A stretch of DNA of 63,175 nucleotides, counting the filler, from Chiloscyllium plagiosum (Eukaryota), in assembly GCF_004010195.1 (NCBI RefSeq). It is 5 parts of one record of this genome, joined end to end, with 100 filler letters (N's around TTAATTAATTAA, not from the genome) between each part and the next. Parts side by side here need not be neighbours in the genome. Positions count along the whole stretch, not along the records: positions 10,367 to 31,880 come from NC_057710.1; 4 more parts are not named here. One strand, 5' to 3'. Every line of letters starts with the position of its first letter. The stretch's first letter is position 1. Below the pieces are notes generated by a model that was not told the DNA's origin, did not search any database, and worked only from the letters and a program-made list of their open reading frames with translations. This document shows positions 10,367 to 22,764 of the stretch, in pieces. The translations under genes were made by a program, and so were the position numbers.

Positions 10367-10765
10367 AGGGGCCCTATTCTCTCCCTAGTTACCCTTTTGT
10401 CCTTAATATAATGTAAAAACCCTTTGGATTCTCCTTAATTCTATTTGCCAAATCTATCTCATGTCCCCGTTTTGCCCTCCTGATTTCCATCTTAAGTATA
10501 CTCCTACTTTCCTTATACTCTTCTAAGGATTCACTCGATCTATCCTGTCTATACCTGACATATGCTTCCTTCTTTTTCTTAACCAAACCCTCAATTTCTT
10601 TAGTCATCCAGCATTCTCTATACCTACCAGCCTTCCCTTTCACCCTGACAGGAATATACTTTCTCCGGATTCTTGTTATCTCATTTCTGAAGGCTTCCCA
10701 TTTTCCAGCCATCCCTTTACCTGCGAACATCTGCCTCCAATAGCTTTCGAAAGTTCTTGCCTAGT
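10367..10765 (-). mobile_element. CR1 ORF2 internal fragment
   Basis: ORF 10389..10730 reads KWEAFRNEI...WMTKEIEGLVKKKKEAY...RIKENPKGF, the CR1 linker between endonuclease and RT. Confidence 0.9.
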
Positions 10766-10789
10766 CAAGTTTGACTAGAAAGTTCTGGT

Positions 10790-11152
10790 GAAATAACAGT
10801 CTGACATAATAATACTGACCGACAATATTCCACCAGCAGATCAGGCCCACTAGAGGTTGCACCACAATGGTGTACAGGAGAGAGTTGCCATGGGAGTCTT
10901 TAACACTGACTCTGGATTCCTGAAGCTCCTTGGCATTAGGTCAGCCATAGCCTCAGAAATCTCCTGCTTGTCACCACCCACCACCTCTTGTCAGATGATG
11001 TATTGGTATTCCTTTATTTTGAATACCAATTGGTAGGAGTACTCAACAGGGAAAGGACACACAATTTGCCTTGGGGTGAAGGACTTTCATTCCCATCATC
11101 AAAAGTAGCTCAATAACACTGACCAAACTGCCTGGATCCTCGCAGCAGCATT

Positions 11153-11188
<36 letters not shown>

Positions 11189-12810
11189 GAGGTATAAACA
11201 TGGTGAAGCTACAACACAGGACTAATGAGATATCAAAAAGCAGAAGCAGCATGTAATGGACAGGGCTAAAACAACCCTCAAGTAACAGAGCAAATCTAAC
11301 TCTGCACTATTGCCACATCCAGTCTTGAATGGCAGTGGACAATTAAACAACTAACAAGAACGGCAAGAGTTCAAATAAAAATAGCTGAGGTATTTTTATC
11401 ATCATCAGCCAGATGTGCTGAGTGGAAGGCCAATCTAGGCTTTCTTCTGATGTCCCCAGCATCACAATGCAAGTCTTCAACTAATTTTATTCACTATATG
11501 TGGCATGAACAGTGCTATTAATCAGCATCTGCTCAGCAAAAACCTGTTCAATGACACCCAGTTTTGGTTCTGCTAGGGCCCCTCAGCTCCTGATCTCATT
11601 ACAGCCTTGGTTCAAGCATGGACAAAAGAGATGAATTCCAGAGGTGCAAGTGACAGCCCTTGACATCAAAGTTGTATTAGACCGAGTGTGGCATCAAGGA
11701 GCCTTTGTAGAAATACAATTAATGGGTATCAAGGGACAGACTCCCCACTGGTTAGAGTCATACCTGACACATAGGAAGATGGTTGCAGAAAGACAGTCTT
11801 CTCAGCTCTAGGATATATCTGCAGGAGTTCCTCAGGGTAATGCCATTGGCCCAGCCATCTTCATCAATGACATTCTCTCCATCATAAGATCAGAAGTGCA
11901 AATATTTGCCAATGATTGCAAGATGTTCACCATCAGTCATGACTTCTCAGATACTGAAGAAGTCCATGTTCCAATGCAACAAGATCTGGACAATAGCCAG
12001 ACTTGGGCTGAAAAGTGGCAAGTAACATTCGTGACACACGAATGCCAAGCCATGACCATCACCAATAAGAGACAAGCTAACCACTGCCCCTTGATATTCA
12101 ATGGTATTACCATCACTGAATCTCCCACTAACAACATCCTGGGGGTTATCATTGACCAGAAACACAAGTGGACTCACCACATAAACACAGTGGCTACAAG
12201 AGCAGGTCAGAGATTAGGAATAGAGTAGCAAGTAATTCATGTCCTGATTCCCCAAAGCCTGTCCACCATCTACAAGGCACAAGTTAGGTGTGTGATGGAA
12301 TACTCCCCACTTGCCTAGATGAGTGCAGCCCAACAACACTCAAGAAGCTCAACACCATTCAGGACAAAGCAGCCCACTTGATTGGCACCACATCTACAAG
12401 CATTCATTCCCTCCACCATCGATATTCAGTAGTAACAATGTGTACTATCTGCAAGATGCACTGCAGAAATTCACCCAAGACCCTCAAACAGCACCTTCTA
12501 AACCCTTGGCCATTTCCATCTAGAAGGATAAGGGCAACAGATACATGGGAACATCACTGCCTTCAAGTTCCCCTCTAAGTCACTCACCATCCTAATTTGA
12601 AAATATATCACTGTTCCTTCAAGGTCGCTGGGTCAAAAACCTGGAATTCCCTCTCTAATGGCATTGCTGGTCAACCCACAGCAAAGGGACCCGCAGCGGT
12701 TCAAGAAGGCACCTCACCACCACCTTCTCAAGGGCAACTAGGGACGGGCAATAAATGTTGGCCTAGCCAGCGATACCCATATCCTACAAATGAGTAAAAG
12801 AAAAAATCAA
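10790..12810 (+). mobile_element. Second LINE family (CR1/L2 group), decayed APE + RT + 3' end
   Basis: RT motifs ALDIKVVLDRVWHQG (~11656-11700), GVPQG (11824) and FAND (FADD-like); ORFs 11896 and 12288. The 3' end reads GGGCAATAAATGTTGGCCTAGCCAGCGATACCCAT...AAAA. Confidence 0.85.
11155..11185. repeat. (AT)n microsatellite
   Basis: About 15 AT units, seen directly. Confidence 0.95.
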
Positions 12811-13069
12811 AAATTGCTGAAAACATTCTAAATTGCAAAGACTATGAGTCCTGTCAAATTCCTGTCATAGTGTTGGAGAATTGTGCTCCAGAACTAGCCA
12901 TCTCCCTGGTCCTTGACTGACCATTCAACTCTGTAACCTGTAACTGCTTTTGTCCCATACTCTTTAATCCCTTTAGATCCATATCTATCTGCTTCTGACA
13001 AATATTCAAAGTTTTGGATCCAGTTGCTTTCTGGTTCAGAGAATTCCCATTACTCTTAAGGTGAAGAAC

Positions 13070-13480
13070 TTGTCTGAATGAGCACAGCTCTAAAAATGCA
13101 CAAGAAAAACAGTATCATTTGGGAACAGACAGCTCGCTTGATTGGCACAGCATCCATCAATATAAACAATAGCCTCCTCTACCATTAATATACAGTGGCA
13201 GCAGTACAATCTATCATTAAGGTACATTGTAATAACTCACAAGCACCCTTTAATGGCACCTTCCAAAACTGTGAAGAAGAACAAGGGCATCAGATGAATA
13301 AAAGTCCACCATCTTCAAATTCTCCATTAAGCCACGTGGTTTCCAGAGTTGGAAATGCATCATTCCTTCACTGTATTTGGCTTAAAATCTTGGAACTTCT
13401 TTCCTTGCAACATTGTGAATATTCCTAAACCTCAAGCACTGCAACTGTTAAAGAAGGCAGATCATCACTACCTTCTCCTG
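13070..13480 (+). mobile_element. Older 3' remnant of the same second LINE family
   Basis: Collinear similarity to 12320-12730 (CTTGATTGGCAC, AAGGGCA.CAGAT, TTCCTTCA, AAGAAGGCA). Confidence 0.65.
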
Positions 13481-13484
13481 ATTA

Positions 13485-13590
13485 TAATGTGGAGATGCCG
13501 GTGTTGGACTGGGGTGGATGAAATCAAAAACCACATGACACCGGGTTAGAATCCAACAGGTTTATTTGAAACAGCAAGCTTTCGGAGTCG
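13485..13590 (-). mobile_element. PLE family B terminal fragment
   Basis: GTGGAGATGCCGGTGTTGGACTGGGGTGGA...CCAACAGGTTTATTTG...GCTTTCGGAG, shared with the other family B copies. Confidence 0.85.
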
Positions 13591-13887
13591 TGTGATTATT
13601 CACATTGTCCTGATTAATTAGAGATGGCCAGAAATGATGAAAATAGCTTGTTTTCAAATGTCATGTACCGTTTACTTCTCCCTCCCTTCCTCCCTCCGTT
13701 CCTTTCTCTATTTTTCCTTTGATGTAATGTTCGAAGTATCTAACCAAAGGAGAGGATGAATCATCAAAACTAAAAGATTGTCAGCTTCAAAGTCTAAATA
13801 GTAGACCACAAGTCAGAGGAAGTCATGAACATACTTTACTGCAGTTAAACTGTATCATGAATCTGGTATTCTGTGCTGTTTATCAGG

Positions 13888-14925
13888 AATGACTTGGAAG
13901 TTCCGGTGTTGGACTGGGGAAGACAAAGTTAAAAATCACACAACACCAGTCATGATGTGTTGGTGTCGGTGTCGGTGTCGGTGTCGGTGTTGGACTGGGG
14001 TGGATAAGGTTAATAATCACACAACACCAGGTTATAGTTCAACAGGTTTATTTGGAAGCACTAGCTTTCAGAGGCCGCTCCTTCATCAGGTGATTGTGGA
14101 GGTTAAGTTCATGTTCACAGAATTTATAACCAAAGGAGCCTAGTGTCATGGAAATGTGATAAACAATCTTAGATTAAAACTTTCATCTTTTACAATGTGT
14201 TCTGTTCATTGATATGTAAATCCCAGAACTTCTTTTTAAATTACATTCTCAGGATGGCTCAACGTTTTAAACAATAGGTGTGAAGTCTGTCTGTGACCCA
14301 ATGCTACGTCAGGCTGAGAAGCCGTCTATTCCTGATGAAGGGCTTTTGCCTGAAATGTCGATTTTCCTGCTCCTCGGATGCTGCCTGACCTGCTGTGCTT
14401 TTCCAGCACCACTCTAATCTAAGCCCTCTATATAGTTTTACATTGTTTGAAATGGATTCATGCAGTTTTTGAGCAAAATAAAATGTAATTCTGCAAAACA
14501 TATTCACCCCATAATCTTGTATATATGTGTATGGAGAAGCGGCAGATTGGGTATGCATGCGAGTGTATGTGTGTGGGTATGGGTGCACATGATAGAGTTG
14601 TGTGTATACACGTGTGTGTGTAAGCTTGGTTAAGTGTGTATGTGAGTCTGATTGGGTATGTTTGAGAGGGTGCATGTATTGGTGTGAGTGCGGGGGGTGT
14701 ATGTGTGTGCATATATGAGGGAGCTTGTATGTAAGGGAGGGTGTGTGTGTGTGTCTAGTGTAGTGGGGTCACCTGTAGCGTAGTGTGACATGAAGCCAAG
14801 GTCCCAGTTGAGGCCATTCCCATGGCTACCGAACTTTGCTATCAGCCTCTGCTCAGCCACTCTGCATTGTTGTTTAAAAAAAAATGGGTTGGACTATAAC
14901 CTGGTGTTGTGTGATGTTTAACAGG
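13888..14925 (-). mobile_element. PLE family B, 5'-truncated: endonuclease C-terminus, GT-rich 3' region, pseudo-LTR with hammerhead, inverted partial pLTR
   Basis: The minus strand reads RVAEQRLIAKFGSHGNGLNWDLGFMSHY (~14780-14865, end of GIY-YIG ORF). A hammerhead motif lies at ~14062-14089 (minus). An inverted GTTGGACTATAACCTGGTGTTGTGTGA copy lies at 14888-14915. Confidence 0.85.
14305..14422 (+). mobile_element. PLE family A terminal unit with hammerhead motif, nested in the family B element
   Basis: CTGATGA (14332-14338) AGGGCTTTTGCCT GAAA TGTC...GATGCTGCCTGACCTGCTGTGCTTTTCCAGCACCAC. Confidence 0.85.
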
Positions 14926-15211
14926 AAAGAAGAGATGTTTTTAAAGTAGAATCTTACAGGAATCTGAATTATGTGGGCCACAATGTGACTTGTGGCAAAA
15001 TTGATCTAGGAGTCCAGCAAAGCCTTCCTGATGTCCAGAACATCTTGAACCATCTTTTATGCTTTTGAAAAGCAGAATAGCAGGTATTTCACTAGGCAGG
15101 AACAAGTTGCCAATTAAGGGGGATTATTGTTTATTAAATGGATCAGTTCATTGTATTACTATTCAGCTTTCCAACTTATCAAGCATTGGAAACAAGCCAC
15201 ATATCGAGAAT

Positions 15212-15485
15212 TGACCCGGGTTCAATTCCCGCCTCAGGCGACTGACTGTGTGGAGTTTGCACGTTCTCCCTGTGTCTGTGTGGGTTTCCTCCGGGTGCTC
15301 CGGTTTCCTCCCACAGTCCAAAGATGTGCAGGGTCAGGTGAATTGGCCATGCTAAATTGCCTGTAGTGTTAGGTAAGGGGTAAATGTAGGGGTATGGGTG
15401 GGTTTCGCTTCGGCGGGTCGGTGTGGACTTGTTGGGCCAAAGGGCCTGTTTCCACACTGTAATGTAATCTAATCTAATCTAATCA
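15212..15485 (+). mobile_element. HE1-type SINE, 5' end missing A box
   Basis: B box GGTTCAATTCC, V-domain and (TAATC)n tail. Confidence 0.9.
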
Positions 15486-16499
15486 ATACATGACACGGAT
15501 ACCAAAGCAGGTATCTGGCACATTTAATTTGCCAGTTGCTTCAAAAAACATCCATGTTTTGTCTAAATCACAGAGAATGATCCACTTGATCCTGTTACAT
15601 GGGAAGCAGGGATGATATGCAAACCAGCTTAAAGGTTTACATAGGTCTGGGAATGTGTGGGGAAATGACATTTGCAAGAATAGGGAGCCAGTGGAGGGTT
15701 GTTTAGTGGAGAATTCCAGTTATAATTCACATGGTTGCTCTCAATTAAGTGTCAATTCTCTGTGTGTGATGATCTTTGCCAGAGAAACGTGCAGTACTCT
15801 GCTAAAGAGTATGAAGGGGATGTAGATTCAACAGTAAAAGGTAACTGTTAGACTGATATTGTTAGGTTGTTTTTCAGACAATAAATGCTCAGCACATGCA
15901 AAATGCATTGAAGTAGTGATTTAGAGGCAAACAATTAGGACTTATTTAAGAAATGAATTACATATATCAAGGTTGGAATTTAGTTAGTTTGGATTGATAT
16001 ATTATGATGAATGAATGGTCTTCTTCATTTCTAACTAGTTTATGATATTGTAAACAAACTGCAGGCCAATAACAGATTTGTGGGGAGTTGTCACAGCAGT
16101 TTCATTATCATGAATCACAGCCACAAAGTTCTGTTCTACACTCTCTAATGCCTTCACATTCTTCTAGAAGTACAGCATCCAGAACTAACCAGTTGAGATT
16201 GGGTGAGTCAATTATCCATTTCTTCAGCACAACTTATTTGCTTTTATACTTTATGCCATTAATAGAAATCTCAGATATTGTATGTTTTATTAACTGTTCT
16301 CTCTGTCCCTCCTGCTGCTGTGAAGCATTTATGTATATATTATGTATATATGTATATATTATGTATATATGTATATATAGACCCACATCCTTCTGCCTTT
16401 GCTCTCCCCCCACCGCCACCTCCTTAGAGTTGTTTTAATTGTGAAAGTTGTAATATAATAAATCTAGATTTTAAAAAAAAAGTTGCTCTCAGTGACAGG

Positions 16500-17410
16500 A
16501 GCTTGAGAGGTGACCATATAGAGATTTATTAAATAATGAGGGGTTTAGATAAGGTGAGTGGCAGGTGTCTTTTCCATAGGTGAGGGATTTCAAGAATAGG
16601 ACATATAGAGTCATAGAGTCATAGAGATGTACAGCATGGAAACAGACCCTTTGGTCCAACCCGTCCATGCCGACCAGATATCCCAACCCAATCTATTCCC
16701 ACCTTCCAGCACCCAGCCCAAACCCTTCCTATTCATATACCCATCCAAATGCCTTTTAATTGTACCAGCCTCCACCACTTCCTCTGGCAGCTTATTTCAT
16801 ACACATACCACCCTCTGTGTGAAAACATTGCCCCTTAGGTCTCTTTTATATCTTTCCCCTCTCGCCCTAAACCTATGCCCTCTAGTTCTGGACTCTCTGA
16901 CCCTAGGGAAAAGATTTTGTCTATTTATCCTATCCATGCCCCTCATAATTTTATAATCCTCTTATAAGGTCATGCCCTCAGCCTCCGACACTCCAGGGAA
17001 ATATCCCCAGCCTGTTCATCCTCTCTCTATAGCTCAAATCTTCCAACACTGGCAAGATCCTTCGAAATCTTTTCTGAGCCCTTTCAAGTTTCACAACATC
17101 TTTCCGATAGGAAGGAGACCAGAATTGCACACAATATTCCAAGTGAGGGGAGAAAGATTTTTTAAAAATGTGGGATAATTTTTTTACACAGAGATCAGTG
17201 TGCGGAATGAACTTCTAGAGGAAGTGATGGGTGGGGGTACAGTTACAACATTTAAAAAGCCATCTGGATAAGTACATGAATAAGAAGGGATTGGAGGGAT
17301 ATGGAACAGGTGCAGACAGATGGGACTAGTTTAGTTTGGGATTATGTTCGGCATGAACTGATTGGACAAAAGGGTCTGTTTCCGTGTTCTATGACTCTAT
17401 GACTCGATGA
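16500..17410 (+). mobile_element. CR1 3' end split by an antisense CR1
   Basis: GAGAGGTGACCATATAGAG... (16505-16600) resumes at GTGAGGGGAGAAAGATTT (17143) and ends with a (CTATGACT)n tail at ~17390-17405. Confidence 0.8.
16605..17142 (-). mobile_element. CR1 LINE 3' end, nested
   Basis: (TAGAGTCA)n tail; near-identical in layout to 30459-31010 and 56990-57437. Confidence 0.95.
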
Positions 17411-18909
17411 TAGTGACAATGAACTCTCCAGATTGTCATTTAAAAAAAAATCTGAATCCCCACTGTACCATCAGGAAAGGCCTTCCTTGCATAATCTAGT
17501 CTCTATATTATTTCAGATTCACAACAAATTAAATCATTTAATTTCCTTGAGTGGTAGACCTTGAGCTGATCATTTAACTCCATATAGCACTGTTCTGATG
17601 TGTTGAAAGAGAGAACAGCAGCAATCAACCAGAACTAGCTCCTTCAATGTTATTTTGCTGATTATTTATGGTAGTCCCTTTTCGTCAAAGATCACCAGGC
17701 ATTTAGCCCTTGTCTGATCTAATCAAGAAGTAATATTTAGCTATTATAATTCAAACAAATATTTATTTGGGAAACAATAGCCATTGAAAAAATTGTACTA
17801 TCTACTGTAGCTTATTGCTCCACCACAAAGGCTACAGTTGTCCCAAATTATGTTACCAACTTTCACATTAGCAATAAAAAAATTATTGTACATGATGCTT
17901 TCTTTCTATGATAGCTGATATATTCATAATATTTAGACACTTTACAGTCACCTTATCTAATTCAATAAATTACCAAACATTGTTAAAGTAGTAACATTTG
18001 TTTTGTAATTGTTCTTTGAGTTTAGTTCTAAACCTTTGCAAAAAGAACTTTTGACATGACATCAGGTCCACTTGGAGAGCAAAGCAATATTTAAGTCATA
18101 TTAAAAAATAGGGAATATTGAGTCAGTTTCTAAACTTGCACCAATTCTTAAAAAAAAATTTCAAAATCAATGAAGCATAATTATTAAATCTTTCCACAAC
18201 TGAGTATAGGAGAGTATTCAATTTTGTGATACATTTCCAGTTACTCTGTATTCCACAAGCTAATATTTCACTGCTACAGCACTTGACTACCAGCAATATT
18301 TGAAGAATTTGAATTAGGTTATTAAGCTATAAGATCACTTAACACTGAAAAACTTTAAAATTTATACATGAACAAAGTTTGAAGTGAAAATAAAACACAA
18401 AAGATCTCAACTATAATGTTTTGACATTTCTTCACTTCTTCTGATTATTTTCTAATATTTTTACTCTTGTAACCATTCAACTTTGAATATATTTCTATGT
18501 AAACCATTGTGTTACTTTTATAGCATTTCCACTTTTCATTTCTTAATTTTCGAACATACATAATGCAAAGAGGTTTTTATCGGGCCAGTTACAATAGGTA
18601 GAGGCATATATTTTGTTAGGATGAGAAATGCATCATACCAAGCAATATATTCTTGTGTTGCTATGATACAGAAGTGTGTAATGTGACCAATTCCTTAAAG
18701 GCCACAGAGTCTAATTGCTGTAAATAGTAATTAAGTCCAAAAGAAGCCAATTACTTCTGAAGTCAATTAGAAGCCAATTATTTCTGAGTAGGCTAGCTGT
18801 AATAAATGACTGATGTCCTTTTTTATACTTGTTTTTGAAGATTGTTTTCATGTGTAACAATGTGCAACAGTATAAAATATGACCCAAACCTAAAATGTTT
18901 GATCAATTC

Positions 18910-19322
18910 CAGGGCTGACTCAGTGGTAACACTGTACTGTTCAAGTCAGAAGGTTTTTAGCTCAAGCCCTGCTCCAGGGATTCTAGAGAATAATCTTGAC
19001 TGACAGTCCTGTGCATTATGGAAGGATTATTGCACTGTTGGCTATGTTGCCTTTCAGATGAACTGTTTAACAAAGTTCACATCTACCCTCTCGTAAAAGA
19101 TTGCAATTTTCAACAAAAGGCCTGTGAAGTTCTCTTGATTTATTTATCTCTCAATCAATGCTTCAAATAGATAATCTGATCATTGGCATTCCTGCTGATT
19201 GTGGGATATCACTATGTACAAATTGGAGACTAGATCTACTACGTTACTTGGGTAACTGCACTTCAAAATTAAATCACAACCCTGAGGTTGTGAAAGAGAT
19301 AATATGGAATCAAGTACTTTTT
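18910..19322 (+). mobile_element. Ancient Deu-type SINE (SacSINE1/AmnSINE1-like), nearly full length
   Basis: CTCAGTGGTAACAC head, GTCAGAAGGTT, TGCACTGTTGG..GCCTTTCAGATGA core, GTGGGAT..ACAAATTGG, and CCTGAGGTTGTGAAAG tail. Confidence 0.7.
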
Positions 19323-19359
19323 TTTAATGTGATACATGGATAATAAAAATTCTGGTATT

Positions 19360-19560
19360 TAGAATCCCTACAGTGTGGAAACAGGCCTTTTGGCCCAACA
19401 AGTCCACAGTGAACCTCTGAAGACTATCCCACCCAAACCTATTCCCTATTACTTTACATTTACCCCTGACTAATGCAACTAACCTACACATCCCTGAACA
19501 CTAAGGGCAATTTAGCATGGCCAATTCACCTAATCTGCGCATGTTTGGACTGTGGGAGCC
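19360..19560 (-). mobile_element. HE1-type SINE 3' half
   Basis: AGAATCCCTACAGTGTGGAAACAGGCC...GGCAATTTAGCATGGCCAATTCACC...GGACTGTGGGAG. Confidence 0.9.
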
Positions 19561-19669
19561 CTATATCTTTTCTTAGTTTAACTGAATGAATGTGCAATGA
19601 TCATAGTATAATCATACTCTTTTAGGTTGGGTGTGTTTGCACAGTCGGTTGAGGGAAGATGGGAGAAGA

Positions 19670-20015
19670 CTGGTACTGGTACTGTTACTACATTAGTAAT
19701 CCAGAGACAGAAGCCTAATGCACTGGGGATATGAATTTAAATCATACCAGTGCTGGTACAATTTAGGTTTTATGAATAAAATCTGAATTGAAGGCTAGGC
19801 TTGGTAATGGTGCACATGAAACGATAAAAAAAAATTGATCCATTGAAGTCCTTTAGGGAGGAAAATCTATCGGCATTATCTGGTCTGGCCTATATATGGT
19901 TCCAGACCCATAGTAAGGCTTTAAACAATTTTCTAAAATAATCTAGCAAGGCTCACAGCTCAGGGGCAATAAGAGATGGGCAACAAGAATTGCCCACATC
20001 CCATGAAAGAATACA
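19670..20015 (+). mobile_element. SINE sharing its 3' end with the second LINE family
   Basis: TAGTAATCCAGAG head and GTCCTTTAGGGAGGAAA..TGGTCTGGCCTA core. Its tail GGGCAATAAGAGATGGGCAA...CCCACATCCCATGAA matches 12731-12795. Related pieces lie at 17410-17560, 44160-44570 and 47560-47800. Confidence 0.7.
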
Positions 20016-21779
20016 TTTAAAGAAATGACATGATAATGAATCTAGCACAGTAACATGTGCCGTCCAGAAAACAGTATTAAACTTGAATGTTTGGGAATAT
20101 GAAGCACAATTTGCTTCATTCTAAAACTATATTAAAGTCACAGATAACATAAACAAAGTTAACAGACTCACATACAGATACTTTTTGAAAATTTTTATAT
20201 TTTTAATCAGCACATCCGTGACGGTTGAACTGCAGTTCAAACAACCTAATTATCATCACTGACATTTAAAATCTCTCCTTGCTTCAGGGTATTTTTCAGC
20301 ACTTTGATCATAATTAGTGATGCAGATATCATAGAACATGTGAATATTACTACAATAAAAAGAAACAAACATCAAAATAAAGAACTAACCAGTATTGCTG
20401 ATTGCTGGATTCCAGCATCAGTTGCAAAAAATAATCAGTGACCTACTTCAAAGTATTGCTGAGTGATATTGTTATATTACTATGATAATATGCAGGTCAG
20501 AATCGACTATTCTGTGAATTTTAGCTTCCTAACAGTGAAACTTTGCTTTGAATCCATCTCAGACAGTTGATACAAGCTTTCTATTTAAGAAATCTATCAG
20601 ACAGAGTTTGATGGCGTAAGCTTAATTCCAAGTGAATAACAATTAACTGGAAAATAGCAATTCTTATTCTTGAAAGAACTGTCACTAATTCTGCAGTCTC
20701 CAATTTTAAAAATGTAACTACAAAACACAAGTCACATTAAATAGTCTATCGAGATTGAACTCATAGTGCTGAACTTGTGCTCTGCATTGTCTGTCTCATG
20801 TGATATCTCATATAGTGTTTCTACATTCTGTAACTGAGTGCCAGATTTCTTATTTTTTCCTCAAAAATTTAAAGTATCAAAAATTCTTCTTGTGAAGATT
20901 CTTGGCTGGATAATTCATGCCCCAAAGTAAGAATTTTAGAATAGAAAATCATGTATCACATTTTGAATTGGAGGCTTTATTCTTCTAAAAAGCATTTTGC
21001 AATTGTTTTATGCTTTAGTAAGATCTCTCCTACTTACCATTGATTATGCCAATTGTAAACCGATACTGCAGCAGAATATGGCACATGGATAATCATATAA
21101 TATGAGAAGAGTTGTAACCCAACTGAAGCCCAAGCCAGGTGTATGGGTGTGGAGATCAAAGTTAATTTCTGTTTAATCTGTAGGCCATATGCACTTTTTA
21201 AAAAAAATACTGCGATTTAAAAGGAAAATAAATTTAATTGTACTGTTTTCAATTATGTGAGTCTTATAACTGTGTTTTCCTCACTTTACTAAGTCTGGTG
21301 ACTCAGAGCTAAAGTAAACAGACACTATGGAGGCTACAAGAAGCCGAGTATGTGAATATGATTGCAGACATTTTGTGACTGCTGAGATATTTTAAAATTT
21401 ATGTAAATAAACTTGTACACTTTGAAGCTTTTGTCAACTCTGCTGCAATTCAAACATATTAAATATACAACTAGCCAACAATCACACTTTCTTTTCACAG
21501 TCTCGGGTCACTGTTCAGCATTTTACCAGAAGATCACAGACTTACAAATTGTTACAGAGCGGAAGAAAGCCAATTGGCTCATCATGTCAACATTGGCAAC
21601 AAAGTACCTCAGAAGTGTAGTCATCATTGTATTTACGAAATAGAGGTTATCAATGAACACACAGAAAGTGCCCATAAATAGTAATGTGACATTAAGAAAT
21701 TCATTTTTTAAAAAATGTTTTGATTCATGGATAAATATTGGATAGAACAATGAGTGTAGCTTCTATAATCTTGTTTCAA

Positions 21780-21925
21780 GTAATGTTATGAGATCTTTCA
21801 TATCCCTCTGAGAGAGTACAGAGGTTTGTTTTAGCATCTCATCAGAAAGACTGCACCCCCAAAAGTGCGGTATTCTCAGTTTTGAGCTGAAATGTCAAAC
21901 TGGGTCTTTTAGATTCAAGTTTCTG
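21780..21925 (-). mobile_element. Deu-type SINE fragment
   Basis: ATGGAGATCTTT-like core, CATCTCATCAGAAAGAC and AGTGCGGTATTCTCAGT; antisense to 18990-19100. A similar piece lies at ~28015-28180. Confidence 0.5.
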
Positions 21926-22071
21926 GTTGTCACAAACTGCTGATGCAGAGGAAGATGTGTTCCAAATTAAGCCATTGCTGATATAAATTAAGTATAATAG
22001 GTATCGCTGGAAAACTAGTGAAAACTGATAAAACCTAAGCATTTAATATTTTGAAATGTCAGTTTTCAATT

Positions 22072-22258
22072 ATGATGTGGAGGTGCAGGTGTTGGACTGG
22101 GGTGGACAAAGTTAAAAATCACATAGCACCAGGTTAGAGTCCAACAGGTTTATTTGGAAGTAGAAGCTTTCAGAGCACTGCTCCTTCGTCAGGTAGCTCC
22201 GAAAACTTGTACTTCCAAATAAACTTGTTGGATTATAACCCGGTGTTGTGCGGTTTTC
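22072..22258. mobile_element. PLE family B fold-back unit
   Basis: The left arm carries a minus-strand CTGACGA-AGGAGCAGTGCTCT-GAAAGCTT. The right arm is the inverted copy GCTCCGAAAACTTG...GGTGTTGTG. Confidence 0.85.
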
Positions 22259-22670
22259 ATATTAGTTCAGTCTTTTTAAAAAATCCGACTCCAAAATCAA
22301 ATAGCTTTCCAGAGCAATAGACTCGTTGGTGCATGTAGCTTACTTATTACATTATCATTTGGTACACTTCAAGAGATTGGGTCATTCCTGGGTCACAAAT
22401 TCAAAACACAGATTTAGATCACTTTCTGGAGAATAACCCTGTGCCACATTTACAATTGTCAATTGTAAATATCCTAACTGAGCTGTCAATGAACTTTGTG
22501 CTAAATTACTGGTGTTGAGTTTGATGGATGTTGGGAACTGACTGGTAACTATCATTATCAATGGAGGAAAATTATTATGATAGGATCTGCTGCTGCCATA
22601 CTGAACAGTGAAGGCAGAACATCAGATAGACTTATGGCATAGAGAAGTAACCAAGCTGTACCCAATCTGA

Positions 22671-22764
22671 TTCCTGAAGAAGGGCTCATGCCTGAAACGT
22701 CAATTCTCCTGCTCCTTGGATGCTGCCTGACCTGCTGCGCTTTTCCAGCAACACATTTTCAGCT
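22671..22764 (+). mobile_element. PLE family A solo hammerhead unit (~95 bp) with 15-bp TSD
   Basis: CTGAAGA at 22674-22680, stem II GGGC/GCCT, GAAACGTC at 22694-22701. Flanks are CTGTACCCAATCTGA (22656-22670) and CTGCACCTAATCTGA (22765-22779). Confidence 0.85.

Noticed and set aside
14304..14860. His/Thr-rich ORFs
   Set aside because: They are translations of the (CA)-rich low-complexity 3' region of a Penelope-like element; only the AEQRLIAKFG..MSHY part is real coding relic.
18741..18787. Short direct repeat AGAAGCCAATTAYTTCTGA
   Set aside because: A two-copy local micro-duplication with no further structure.
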